57,878 nucleotides of DNA from a virus (IMGVR_UViG_3300043178_000021:1-57878), one strand, 5' to 3'; shown: positions 18,301-24,820, counted from the first letter of the stretch. Notes: generated from the letters alone by a model not told the origin. Made by a program: numbers and translations.

Positions 18301-20132
18301 CGCTTCGCCTACAGTCCTGGCAGCAGGACCGGCACACCTGGGAGGTCCGCAACGTAGAGCGCGGCAAGGTCAGCCTGTGGCGCGACTTCACGAAGGAGGA
18401 GCGCGAGCGCATGGGCGAGATCGATGAGGTCCGCTTCGCCATCGCGCGCACCCTGCAGCAGATGATCCATGATGTCGAGGTTGGCCGATACCTGGAGTGG
18501 CTCGCCAATACCCATGCCCTGCCGGAGCCGCCCGCAGGGGCGGTGACAGTCGAGGCGGCCGAGACGCTGCGCCAGACCTATACCCCGAAGGAGTGGGTCA
18601 AGGTGCCGTCTACCGAGATCCTGAAGACCGGGGGGGTCAAGAAGTACGGAAAGCTCGCTGGCCTGTGGGTGCCGGGCCCGATATGGAATGACGTGCGGCA
18701 GACCGTGAGCATGCGCTACGAGCCCCTGGGCCGCGCCTACGCGACGATCCTGAGGGCCTGGAAGATCAGCAAGACCGCGCTCTCCCCCGCGGTACACATG
18801 AACAACGTGATGGCCAACGTCATCATGGCCGACTGGCATGACGTGTCTCCCCGCCACGTCCTGCTCGCGCTCGAGATCATGCTGCGCGACAAGCCAGAAC
18901 ACCAACTGATCATGCAGAAGTTCGAGGACTCCGGCGCCATGCAGGGGATGTATGTCCTGTCGGAGGTGCAGAAGGAGCAGTTACGCCCGCTCATGGACCA
19001 ACTGCGCGAGGCAGTCCAGGAGGCTGAGGGCACATCTGCCTGGGTACAGATGGGTAACGTCGTGTCGATGATCGCGCACGGCAGGCTCCGGGAGGCCGTT
19101 GCGGCCGCTCGGCAAAGCGCCGCCACCGGGGTGGTGCGTTGGCCGGTCGCCAAGATGATGGCGCTCTACGAGGCGGAAGACACGGTGTTCCGCCTGGCCG
19201 CCTTCCTCAAGGCAAAGTCAGATGGGGCGGACGACATTGTGGCCGGTCGGGTCGCGCGGGATAGCTTCCTTAACTACGAAATCAATGCGCCGTGGATCAA
19301 CATCATGCGCAACACGGCGTTCCCGTTCATCGGGTTCACCTACCGCGCTATCCCGGAGCTGCTCAACGTGATACGCAACAAGCCTTGGAAGCTCATGAAG
19401 CTCGCCACGATCTTGGGGGCGATCAATGCGCTCGGCGCGGCCTTGGCTGGCGCGGATGATGATGAGGAGCGCAAACTGCTGCCGGAGGAAAAAGCGGGGT
19501 GGATCTACGGCGCGCTCGGACCGAATCTGCTGCGCCTGCCGTGGAACGACGACTACGACGCCCCGATGTTTCTGGATGTGCGCCGGTTCATCCCGGCGGG
19601 AGACATCTTCGACATCGGGCAGACCAACGCGGCTTTCCCGCTCTTGCCGTTCCTGGTGCCCGGTGGGCCGCTCGGCATGCTCGCCGAGCTGCTCGCGAAC
19701 AAGGTGCAATTCACCGGAAAGCCGATCGTGGCGGACACGGACACGCCGCGCGAGCAAGCCGAGAAACTGCTGGCCTACGCTTATCGCTCCCTTGCGCCCA
19801 ACGCAGTGTGGGTGCCTGGGTCATACGCCTGGAACGCGCTGTTAACTGCCGGCCAGGGTAAGACGGACGTGTTTGGGCGCGAGCAAAGCGTGGGCATGGC
19901 GGTTGCCTCCGGCTTCGGTCTGAAGGTCGCCGCCTATCCGAAGGACGTGGGGCTCTACAACGCCAACTCCAAGCGTGAAGCTCAGGTGCGCGAGATTCGC
20001 GAGCAGATCGGGAAACTCAAGCGCGAATACTCGCGCCGCGGGCTCACCGACGAGGAGTTCGAGGCGGGGCTGCAATACCAGCTCGAGAAGCTGGAGCGCG
20101 TCAACCAGGAGTACCTGGAGAAGCTAGACTGA
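9309..20132 (+). CDS. Giant DarB-like polyvalent protein: iPPase-like, N6-adenine DNA MTase, Strawberry-notch SF2 helicase, RadC/JAB, PRTase, helical C-terminal domain
   Basis: YGYVKRTVGKDGDQVDVF/DEHK (iPPase-like); YSTP, YEPTAGNG, ANPPFG (MTase); GDQTGIGKGR, FDESHN, QMLGRIHRTGQ (SBNO helicase); HNHPSGNPEPSPAD (JAB); LVDDVVTSGATL (PRTase). Confidence 0.92.
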   Translation: MAGLSACLKKIGLEKHEAAILKGLARDKLDEGLEGHAAAEQAVREYIETLLTERADIARQVLRAGGVMPEEPSVPDLGTVDASAHDAASSPRNQEPEPTPEQKKAGNYKKGHVRVAGLDVAIETPAGSWRWSYDLERIAQVAKLLESKDLTVNENTARNEITIALEKFRLGEPMDGAHSLAAAERGLRRNFPALAEVIENILDRGWRIKMASHYGYVKRTVGKDGDQVDVFVRVGTPLDYDGPVFVVDQQKGNGHLDEHKIMLGWTDVDAARKAYLDNYERGWGGLKNITEWTLPQLKQWLAGGDLERPAIEAAAPLTPAEEIASRFLMGKGFESIGEAREVVGKLIGKDIKPGTPEAKLADEIIELGAVLAARDIVRAPVSARQAYGHLVHLYEELMPALYVRTSGSIERQAYSTPLPLAFVASELAEIDAFKSVYEPTAGNGALLIAANPDSKGTEVNEIDPQRAAALAAQGFKPQSYDATERGAAWPGKDVVIANPPFGVTRDKKGKTRSFDMGGGYVTNEVDHVIALKSLGSMKDDGRAVLIIGSVNMLAKTPEARSDAYHAKAKREFFFTLYNKYRVVDHFTVSGDLYAKQGAAWPVDVIVIRGKGKSTLPLPAVSPPRQYTSWEQLAEIFDADYQNRLGTAAQGDVPEPGGESTGTTGGGAPGGGGAAGPRQLLSGAGGATQPGDGGAGARGGRGDAGVSHRGGTASGAPGARGGGRPRTGVDAEPGAAPPPADAGGAGAGLAGAGAPQEQPEGGGAAGGVDAASVGGPAALPPSGRPVSAEADAQAAQDLQDALGELADIFGKKGRLNITPEQEQRLLPVLTKLFDAAFRRGYHKFREAARYVLNAVRQALGAVADLISLEHLQGAYIAMSARYRSQGAEAAKDVIAVQALAEIEPPPTPPEKSLRDRQAESETEHQVMYEPASTAAGLGTLIPANLKTVTKDALRALVRAVGDIDEFVMSKLGWTREQLTARLGAEQVDALALALYNFDKGSGVIIGDQTGIGKGRVVASIIAYALKEKLVPIFVTEKPNLYADIYRDLKAVGLGKVRMLMTNAGQDVPMDDGAWALRAPPLAKHNATMDALMRAGKLSGYDVILTTYNQMQTIKGGERTLRMNFLEQFAKGGVVIFDESHNAGGTDAPKRGEETSGKTGRAGFARSIAAVARGVIYSSATYAKHPSVMDLYFRTDMRLAVEKIEDLPGAIAAGGVPLQQVVATMLGAAGQYIRRERSFSGVRYDVVEIAVDKEVAQRAALLLREINDFERKFIRPAIRNIKADAKAAAGSAQTVGPQITSTSFGQIMHNLIDQTLLQMKVVAATQKALEALKADQKVVLTVANTMGSFIEEHIAQTNIHAGDAIRMGVADLFARYLQKTRRYVYKAPFQKGQGVTLYTSDEQLGQLGVRAFERVLKMIRDSEELFSDIPLSPIDYMRAELRRAGYKVEEITGRATYLEYHADGTVTYEIRPPKETSIAGRVDAVRRFNSGEASVIILNQAGATGLSLHASETFADKRQRHMMIVQAEKNIDTHMQMLGRIHRTGQVVVPQYSQLAADIPAEQRPAAVLAKKMASLNANTTASRRSAVTAEAVDFMNAYGDEAAARVMWDNQDAHDLIGSPLKINDDGDGFVTEDAITKVTGHIPLLDLDQQRAIYDLIVQAYRDRVELADAMGENVLEAKTLPLDARTINKTMIFEGRGGDSPFSQPAYAERMDVKKIGKPYMPEQVTQMVRVALGVPASDQSIFELADLAEQNAQKMLRETRERLTKFMEEKILQATTAPGEAGMPVPVKLTPDDENAITGFRLLQERNARLVQELLTNYRIGTHVELHGLWGSIPGIVIDIEHNTRTHNPVALGAWKLKVAVPDAIRQLKIGLNDLAMGASDAPQRGVGIQPYAGDDPVLPMFTAAQSVTREERTVMTGNLLAAFGKFQGGQVAMFTDNTGAIRQGVVMPARFNIGEAISKQPVEFTTPEQVITFIGRSATKVFASNGLIGIEPYRSGYRIMVAPRKGDGGRYYLDQEMRAATGDFTKVGQWMRAQVNEREAALALRRAMELGAQFQATSNKDVALDVTGQKRVEQVRALYGEQFLVEATRGHYRKGARPDATPAIEDSAVQGVLDLYRAGETAPVPVGDRGWQPKVRYLAQGIAERIAVAGAEEIRGQVIRNAHDLAAIMQLYRDPRFETMRWVFTREGKAVGHVGVSARLPSVAPGFPMGVEPLQWLKEQVEATGADAVWSVHNHPSGNPEPSPADQGLQRHIARMLAQVSQELGREVKAMPHVVIDTNSYAVIENTGQWIIHRRKFGDEHLLVASIDHEILGTQVRQPEDVARVGRRFKRQGWVTLIAATVPPYPATTRVTQVRAVAEVPEAVLLSARGGAAIRRFARQTGAMHVFAAGFSAENFDYFTQLTADGFLLDAVDEQGIPTLSRLMAPSDKFFGADVPHARAVAQAKKLRAFGIPADAAFIYGDTSTTGLKMHPDYADAKEGDFMAAARLAEDMVTSDIIERVEGLGPVIFAPVSASERRATNRIPGAMAAYLAKRTGNKHAVGRIAQSSRASHTGATLMDRMLSPATFSGKVEEGGRYVLVDDVVTSGATLANLADFIQANGAQVVGIVTLSNMTRGSRIAADPAQLGDVEAKHGSTIQELFAIDHSALTAVEADYLLRFRSADTLRARAAEARRTRGGHLLREPLGEYGADEAGPIVESERLTEPLFAHIYTPEERAAATAILGKRVRESISNRLFRVPVQALGIDRRLRAGIDLVLEKTWGLLPEKAQERLAAGLVSDYWLDEGVVDRRALMYSAIRRGYRGIEEALLSLGNLTRAESRVAYEWMNADHPQAADYFMQQLSDESIAALTRVMQAIDRLSGEAVRLGQLGADTYERNRFAYLRRSYESYVLEATPQQKAMMARAKQILGDQYKGRGISYKVDASDLSATDPTWWGRKAQAGRADLGLMGEKFLRLERRAAAPGAGAGILEGMEGGEERPGRLLEVKYWPAEVPVPLRLQSWQQDRHTWEVRNVERGKVSLWRDFTKEERERMGEIDEVRFAIARTLQQMIHDVEVGRYLEWLANTHALPEPPAGAVTVEAAETLRQTYTPKEWVKVPSTEILKTGGVKKYGKLAGLWVPGPIWNDVRQTVSMRYEPLGRAYATILRAWKISKTALSPAVHMNNVMANVIMADWHDVSPRHVLLALEIMLRDKPEHQLIMQKFEDSGAMQGMYVLSEVQKEQLRPLMDQLREAVQEAEGTSAWVQMGNVVSMIAHGRLREAVAAARQSAATGVVRWPVAKMMALYEAEDTVFRLAAFLKAKSDGADDIVAGRVARDSFLNYEINAPWINIMRNTAFPFIGFTYRAIPELLNVIRNKPWKLMKLATILGAINALGAALAGADDDEERKLLPEEKAGWIYGALGPNLLRLPWNDDYDAPMFLDVRRFIPAGDIFDIGQTNAAFPLLPFLVPGGPLGMLAELLANKVQFTGKPIVADTDTPREQAEKLLAYAYRSLAPNAVWVPGSYAWNALLTAGQGKTDVFGREQSVGMAVASGFGLKVAAYPKDVGLYNANSKREAQVREIREQIGKLKREYSRRGLTDEEFEAGLQYQLEKLERVNQEYLEKLD
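11218..11664 (+). CDS. Nested +1-frame acidic, Leu-rich protein (148 aa)
   Basis: GGAG at 11207-11210, ATG at 11218; G/C-ending codons and a globular-looking sequence in this frame, while the host frame is a Gly/Ala linker with A/T-ending codons. Confidence 0.75.
   Translation: MPTTKIAWAPPPRETYLNPVENLQGRLGAVRLEAGEPLDQDSYFLALAERLSRGMEELEPEEVEEMQEYLTAEGLLPARLVLEEGDDRALVWMQSPELRRRLLMLGVPGPDLPERAPLKSSPRAEALLAELTPLQWVGLLLYHPPDDQ
15613..15792 (+). CDS. Possible nested +1-frame peptide (59 aa, MRHQPSKTVPFKGCSIYIAPGK...)
   Basis: AAGGGGG SD-like site at 15597-15603; lies in the linker between the helicase region and RadC. Confidence 0.35.
   Translation: MRHQPSKTVPFKGCSIYIAPGKLRLCQWVIVDGSPKYATSPKASRSASRSPARRRSAGR
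17215..17409 (+). CDS. Possible nested +1-frame peptide (64 aa, ...SDLLTPSELERLKRGEQEAAIYY...)
   Basis: GGAGG at 17204-17208, ATG at 17215; at the end of the PRTase region. Confidence 0.4.
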   Translation: MGAQSKSFLRSTTPPSRQSRPTTSSDSDLLTPSELERLKRGEQEAAIYYESRWANTGPTKPAQS

Positions 20133-20140
20133 ACAAGTCT

Positions 20141-20199
20141 GCCTGCCCGCTCTCGCGGACAAGGCGCTCCCTGCGTCGTTGTGCGAGGCAAAGTTAGGC
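20141..20199 (+). mobile_element. Degenerate attC-like site 1
   Basis: GCCTGCC (degenerate R'') ... CTCGC/GCGAG, ACAA/TTGT and GGCGC/GCGTC stems ... GTTAGGC (R'). Confidence 0.55.
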
Positions 20200-20207
20200 G
20201 TCAATAG

Positions 20208-20594
20208 ATGTTGACCAAGCGCCTGCGATAGCTCTTTCAAGAAGCTAGAACTCGGAAGGATGAGCTTGACAAACAGGCGCAGGATAACTTCGCTTATCGC
20301 TTGGCAAGCCAGTCAGTCGCATCTCACATAGACGATCTCGCGCAGCAGCTCGGCGCGCTGGATGAGGTTGTATTGGAGGGCACAATTGAACTGCTTAGCA
20401 AACGTGAGCGCATTTAGCTTCGGACAGACGTAGGGCAGAATGTTCGCGTCTTGTGTCCAAAGCGTCTGTTGCGTGACGTATCAGAACTGCACCTAGATCA
20501 GCACGTCCGCTTGCGCTGTTGCGTAACGGAGACCGAGAACCCATTGACCGGAGAGTCTTCAATCTTCTATGAGTTGCTTGAGATTGTCAGCTAA
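20208..20594 (+). pseudogene. Integron-cassette gene with two in-frame TAG stops
   Basis: ATG 8 nt after GTTAGGC; TAG at 20229 and 20415; terminal TAA lies inside the next attC R'' box (AGCTAAC); AT-richer than the flanks. Confidence 0.75.
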
Positions 20595-20646
20595 CCTCGC
20601 AATGCACCGGAGCGCCTGCGGTGCCCGGTCATGCGCGGCGTTAGAC
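20589..20646 (+). mobile_element. attC site 2 (58 bp)
   Basis: AGCTAAC...ATG(C)ACCGG...CCGGTCAT...GTTAGAC: R''/R' boxes and L boxes with one extrahelical base. Confidence 0.85.
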
Positions 20647-20647
20647 C

Positions 20648-21094
20648 TCACACCGCTTCCCATAGGCTCTTTTGGCCTCGAAGAATTTCGGCTGTGTCCA
20701 CTCTCGGCCTGCTTCGCACGTTCCAGTTACCGCCACCACGCAGCCCCAACAAACGCCACCCCGCAGCGCGCAGGCTGGCCCCTCCCTCTTCCGGCAGCGT
20801 GTAGGTAATGAGCCGCCGAAACCCAAGCGCCTTCGCTGCCCTCCACGCCGCTCCGTACAGCATGCTGCAGGCGTTGCGCGCCCCATCTGTACAAACCCGG
20901 TTCACTTCCAGCGTCCACCCGTCGTCGCTCATGCGCGCCACAGGTCTGCCAACAATCGCCACTCCACGCACTACGCCATCTTTGTCACTAACGGCAATAC
21001 AGAACTTCGCGCCCGGCACTGGCTTATGATGGCGATGGTGGCGTGATATAAAGGCGTTGGCCTCTGCCAGTCCGATCGGTGTTACCGTTAGCAT
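20648..21094 (-). CDS. XF1762-family (Mom-like GNAT-fold) putative DNA-modification protein
   Basis: EANAFISRHHRHH...GVAIVGRPVAR..DDGWTLEVNRVCTDG.RNACSMLY...ITYTL..EGGASLRAAGW. Confidence 0.8.
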   Translation of the reverse strand: MLTVTPIGLAEANAFISRHHRHHKPVPGAKFCIAVSDKDGVVRGVAIVGRPVARMSDDGWTLEVNRVCTDGARNACSMLYGAAWRAAKALGFRRLITYTLPEEGGASLRAAGWRLLGLRGGGNWNVRSRPRVDTAEILRGQKSLWEAV

Positions 21095-21112
21095 ATAGTG
21101 CTTTCGCTGCCA

Positions 21113-21170
21113 GCATAACTTGCGCATCGACTGGAGCGCCTGCGGTGCCCGGTCATGCGCGGCGTTGGGC
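21113..21170 (+). mobile_element. attC site 3 (58 bp)
   Basis: GCATAAC...GTTGGGC; shares GGAGCGCCTGCGGTGCCCGGTCATGCGCGGCGTT exactly with site 2. Confidence 0.85.
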
Positions 21171-21189
21171 CGATACGCAACGTGGGATG

Positions 21190-22167
21190 CTAGGCTAGGT
21201 CAAACCTGAACTTACTGCCGGCGAGATATTCTTCCAGCATCTCCACCGCAATCCAGCGTCGCCCTAGGCTTTCCGCCACAGCTCCTGCTGTGTTCGAGCC
21301 GGCGAAAGGATCGAGGAGAACGTCATCTTCGTCTGTGAGCATTTTAAGAAAGAACTCGGGCATGGCGGCTGGGAACCTGGCTGGGTGAATCTTTATGCCC
21401 GCTTCTTTGCACCTTTTGGTGTATGGATCGTTGCTGGCGCTATTGCCCAGCTTGAGGAAATTTGTAGGGCTTGCATCTTCGAAGACGTTCGGTGCTATCG
21501 AGCCCCCGGCAGAGATATCGCCGAACGCCTCCTTGATGTTGTGTACAGAGGGACGCACTGCCGTTTTCACGCCACGCTCGTTCAACCTCAGTATGTCTCG
21601 ACTGTAGGGACGTAGGACTCGTCGGTTGTCGGCCTTCGGCCATGGCGTCTTCGACAACCACCAAACATTCTCTACCGCATCCTTGACCCTTATTCGTCGA
21701 ACCGCAACCCACTCAGTTGGGACGGGCATCTTTGCCGGGTTGTACCAAAAGCATTCCTGTGCCAAGTGGAACTCGATCTCTTCCACTAACGCAACGAGGA
21801 GCTTGTACTGATAGAGCGACTTTGTCGGTACCCCGGGATTCCAGGTCCCGCCTATGTTGAGCACAAAGCTCCCGTCTTCGGCTAAAGTTCTATGAATTTC
21901 CCGAGCGAACGCAAGGAACCAGTCAACGTACTGGTCCCTGTGAACATTGCCGTACTCTTTCTTGAAGTGAAGGGCATATGGCGGTGACGTAAAGACCAGA
22001 TTCACTGAACCACTGGGAATTGCCTTCAAGACGTCGAGCGAGTCCCCCAGGTAGGCAGCTCCCTGGTCCGTGTGGTAGTAGGGCGGGAACCCTGGAACAA
22101 GTTCGCAGGGGTGTGGTGACTGACCGAACTGGAACCTCAATGCTTTGGGAGAGGAAGGCGATAGCAT
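21190..22167 (-). CDS. Orphan beta-class N4-cytosine/N6-adenine DNA methyltransferase (M.PvuII-like)
   Basis: FTSPPY motif IV precedes HPARFP...LDPFAGSNT motif I; no cognate endonuclease adjacent. Confidence 0.9.
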   Translation of the reverse strand: MLSPSSPKALRFQFGQSPHPCELVPGFPPYYHTDQGAAYLGDSLDVLKAIPSGSVNLVFTSPPYALHFKKEYGNVHRDQYVDWFLAFAREIHRTLAEDGSFVLNIGGTWNPGVPTKSLYQYKLLVALVEEIEFHLAQECFWYNPAKMPVPTEWVAVRRIRVKDAVENVWWLSKTPWPKADNRRVLRPYSRDILRLNERGVKTAVRPSVHNIKEAFGDISAGGSIAPNVFEDASPTNFLKLGNSASNDPYTKRCKEAGIKIHPARFPAAMPEFFLKMLTDEDDVLLDPFAGSNTAGAVAESLGRRWIAVEMLEEYLAGSKFRFDLA

Positions 22168-22227
22168 GGTCTAGGTTCTCAGAGAGGGTACTGTAGGCCA
22201 GTTACCCAGCGTAAGAAGCCGCGCCAG

Positions 22228-22305
22228 GCGCCTGACCTCCGACGTTAGGGGTGGGTTATGCCCCACTGTGCCGCCATTGGTCCCGCCTTAGCTGCAACGT
22301 TGGGC
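22228..22305 (+). mobile_element. Two truncated attC 3' halves
   Basis: CCTGACCTCCGACGTTAGGG (ends 22250) and CCCGCCTTAGCTGCAACGTTGGGC (ends 22305) look like L'-R' ends; R'' boxes are missing. Confidence 0.55.
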
Positions 22306-22500
22306 GTCGTTGTCGCTCCACCTGTCGATAGCCTCTTCCGCTTCTTGTTTGTTGCGATAGGGACCGTGGCAAATCGGCTGATCCGAATCGTCATAACTCG
22401 CCCAATACAACCCGCTGCGCGGTTCGTCCGGCGTTTCGCAGCCGGGGAAAACGGTATAAATCGTCGGGCGTCGCGGCATTGCCTTCAGGCCCACGGCCAT
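22288..22500 (-). CDS. Small hypothetical protein
   Basis: GLYW...HGPYRNKQEAEEA motif common in small phage proteins. Confidence 0.6.
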   Translation of the reverse strand: MAVGLKAMPRRPTIYTVFPGCETPDEPRSGLYWASYDDSDQPICHGPYRNKQEAEEAIDRWSDNDAQRCS

Positions 22501-22670
22501 AGGATCGCCGCCGCGATCAGGGCGCAGGCGATGAGAATCTCCGCGATATCGCGCCAGTGCGTGCGCGCGCGCAGGATTTCTGGCGGAGTGAGCCAGTCCT
22601 CCTTACCCGTGGTGCGATCGTGCGCGAATCCAATGTCTAAGGTGCTTTGCATACGCTGGTGCCCTACCAT
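22485..22670 (-). pseudogene. Possible N-terminal remnant of a phage N6-adenine methyltransferase fused to a hydrophobic tail
   Basis: GKEDWLTPPEILRA resembles the DxWxTP start of phage Dam-like MTases; the rest of the domain is absent. Confidence 0.4.
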
Positions 22671-22672
22671 CG

Positions 22673-23065
22673 CTAGGCCTGCCAGTCATCAGTTATGGCG
22701 GTCATGGATTCAGGCAGTGCGCCGCGGTGCAGGTCAATGCGGCCGCCGTAGTACCCGTTGCTGCTGTTCCGGTACACGATGTTTGCCACCCCCCTGGCGG
22801 TGCGCAGCTTCAGGCCGTAGAACTGGTCGTGCTCTTGCCGTGTGCGCTTGTCGTCCACGGCCGGCAGTTCCACGTTCTCGACTTTCAGCACCTTGCCGCC
22901 CAGCAGCGCGCTAACGCCCGTGATGTCCGCAAACCAAGTTTCGGAGCAGCAGTCGCCCCAGGTCGCGTAGCTAGTGCTGGCGCCGTCCGGGTGGTCAAAC
23001 GTCAGGATGCTTTGGTCTTCGTTCACGCGCAGGCCGGTCACGGTCTTGCCAATCAGTTCTCTCAT
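22673..23065 (-). CDS. Conserved phage protein (DCCSE...SSNGYYGG family)
   Basis: SD GGAGGT; ELIGKTV, GDCCSETW and SNGYYGG motifs. Confidence 0.8.
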   Translation of the reverse strand: MRELIGKTVTGLRVNEDQSILTFDHPDGASTSYATWGDCCSETWFADITGVSALLGGKVLKVENVELPAVDDKRTRQEHDQFYGLKLRTARGVANIVYRNSSNGYYGGRIDLHRGALPESMTAITDDWQA

Positions 23066-23091
23066 GTCACCTCCAAGGTTGTGGCGAGCAG

Positions 23092-23126
23092 GCCTAACCC
23101 GTCGCTCAAGTTGAGAGCCGCCACAG
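23092..23126 (+). mobile_element. attC 5' half (R''-L''), truncated
   Basis: GCCTAACCCGTCGCTCAAG is a canonical attC start; no R' box found downstream. Confidence 0.65.
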
Positions 23127-23244
23127 TACGCATCCTCGCACAGATAGGCAGTAGGGATCACATCCCAGGCATCTGCCCATCCGTCTGTGCGACGATCTAG
23201 CCCCAGCGCCTGCACCACGTCTGCTGCGACTGCGGATATGCGGG

Positions 23245-23670
23245 TCACGACTCTACAATCTCCAGACCGTACAGCTCGCGCATGAGTCGCTTCTTGCGTT
23301 GGTAGTCTCGCGTGCGGTAACCCTTCGTGTCCTCGACAACGAACCGGCGGTGGTGGATGTCGAAGTAGACGAAGTCAGCGACGTAGGTTTCGAAGTGCTG
23401 CACGCCCACTACACCGGTCGCCATGAGCCTGAAGCGTACTTGACGCGAGAGACCTGTGATGTGGCCGGCGCGCTCGAGCATCTTCAGGTGCGCGGCGCGC
23501 TTGGCCTCTAGTTGGCTGTCGGACGTGCCATCTTCGGTGGTCGTCTTGACGTTGTTGTACTTCGAGCGCGACGGCTTCGCGCTGTGCGCTGTGGTGGCCT
23601 GCGCCAGCGCCTTGTAGCGGGCACCGAGGCGCGCGATCTCCTGCTCTGTTAACCGAAGACCGCGGCCCAT
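23245..23670 (-). CDS. DUF1064-family PD-(D/E)XK nuclease
   Basis: SKYNNVKT...DSQLEA...YVADFVY...VEDTKG...YQRKKRLM. Confidence 0.88.
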   Translation of the reverse strand: MGRGLRLTEQEIARLGARYKALAQATTAHSAKPSRSKYNNVKTTTEDGTSDSQLEAKRAAHLKMLERAGHITGLSRQVRFRLMATGVVGVQHFETYVADFVYFDIHHRRFVVEDTKGYRTRDYQRKKRLMRELYGLEIVES

Positions 23671-23676
23671 TGCCGG

Positions 23677-23859
23677 CTAATCCTGGCGCCCCTCGATGTC
23701 CGCCTTCACCTGCGCGATCTTGATGCGGTTGCGCAGGCTGAGGGCGTCGATCTCCTCGTCGGTGGGCTCGCGCTGCTCGGCCGCCAAGGTCTGCGCGAGC
23801 GTGAGCGAGGCTATTGCGATTTCGTAGACTGCTGTCAATCCGATGCCAACTGCCATCAT
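23677..23859 (-). CDS. Small hypothetical protein
   Basis: ATGA-coupled; MMAVGIGL...AEQREPTDEE. Confidence 0.6.
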   Translation of the reverse strand: MMAVGIGLTAVYEIAIASLTLAQTLAAEQREPTDEEIDALSLRNRIKIAQVKADIEGRQD

Positions 23860-24023
23860 TGCCCCCTGTAGACGTAGGTTTCGAGCTGCGAGAGGATTGC
23901 CTGCGCCGCAGCGAGCTTGCTTTGCGCGGCAGAACAATCTGTTTCGACCGGGCACATGGAAAGCGCGATGCCGGCGGCGTCCAGGGCGTCCTGGGCGCGC
24001 TCGGCCAGGCTCACGCGGTCCAT
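23856..24023 (-). CDS. Small hypothetical protein
   Basis: SD AAGGAG; TGATG coupling. Confidence 0.6.
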   Translation of the reverse strand: MDRVSLAERAQDALDAAGIALSMCPVETDCSAAQSKLAAAQAILSQLETYVYRGQ

Positions 24024-24811
24024 CACGTTCTCCTTGCGAGTTGAGTTTCCTGATACCCCTCGGTGCCCGGCAGCACGTCGCCGAGACGCCCTTCCGAGAC
24101 TTTCGCCTGCGCGTCCAGCTTGGCCCGGGGGATCTCGACCAAGTGCAGCCATGCCGGATGCGCCGCAATGAAGGTCACGAGTTTGTGCAGGTTGACCACG
24201 CGCCCCTTCCACGGGCGGCGAGAGGACAGGCCAGTAATCTTGATGGGGGCCGCAACGGGCACGGCAGGCATGGTAGCGAGTTCCTCTGTCTGCACTTGGG
24301 CCTCCAACACGGCGCTCTCGGCCTGCGCGAACAGTGCGTTGGCCTCCACCATGTTTCCGGCGGCCTCGGCCTCACGAGCGGCTGTGATCTTGGCTTCCGC
24401 CTCCTTGCGAACCGCGTCCTCGCGCGCCGCCGCCTCGCGGACTGCGCGCTCGTACTCCTCTCTGCGCTTCTGTTCGGCCTCGCGCTCGGCGGCGATGCGC
24501 TTGCGCTCCTCTTGGTCCAGATATGCCGCCATACGCCCCTTGAGGGCTGTCTCGGCAGCCTTCGCGCGCTGGATAGGTGAGCGGAACAGCGCGCGCACGC
24601 GCTCCTCGGCTTCCGCCAGGGGGGCAAGGATTTTCTTCTGCTCGGCCTCGATGTTGCGCAGGAAGGTCTTGATCGCCCCGAGTTCATCGTTCGCCAGCTC
24701 GAGCATTTCCCTGCTGTCGATGATGCACAGCTCTGCGGACCGCTCCAAGTGCACCACCTGCCTTTCCACGGACTGCGCATCGGGCCGTTCGATTGTGACG
24801 CTTTCCAGCAT
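24023..24811 (-). CDS. Coiled-coil protein of the phage recombination block (Gam/Gp157-like context)
   Basis: Long helical N-terminus, GLSSRRPWK...LPG C-terminus; adjacent to the exonuclease. Confidence 0.65.
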   Translation of the reverse strand: MLESVTIERPDAQSVERQVVHLERSAELCIIDSREMLELANDELGAIKTFLRNIEAEQKKILAPLAEAEERVRALFRSPIQRAKAAETALKGRMAAYLDQEERKRIAAEREAEQKRREEYERAVREAAAREDAVRKEAEAKITAAREAEAAGNMVEANALFAQAESAVLEAQVQTEELATMPAVPVAAPIKITGLSSRRPWKGRVVNLHKLVTFIAAHPAWLHLVEIPRAKLDAQAKVSEGRLGDVLPGTEGYQETQLARRT

Positions 24812-24820
24812 GATCGCCTC

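Noticed and set aside
20208-20594. TAG stop-codon reassignment suggested by two in-frame TAGs
   Set aside because: Core genes (98-3448, terL, 3768-4166) end in TAG with the next gene starting right there, long genes are not fragmented, and no suppressor tRNA was seen; pseudogenisation is simpler
20589-21170. 34-bp direct repeat read as a CRISPR repeat or IS end
   Set aside because: Better explained as two related attC sites; the spacing is gene-sized and there is no transposase
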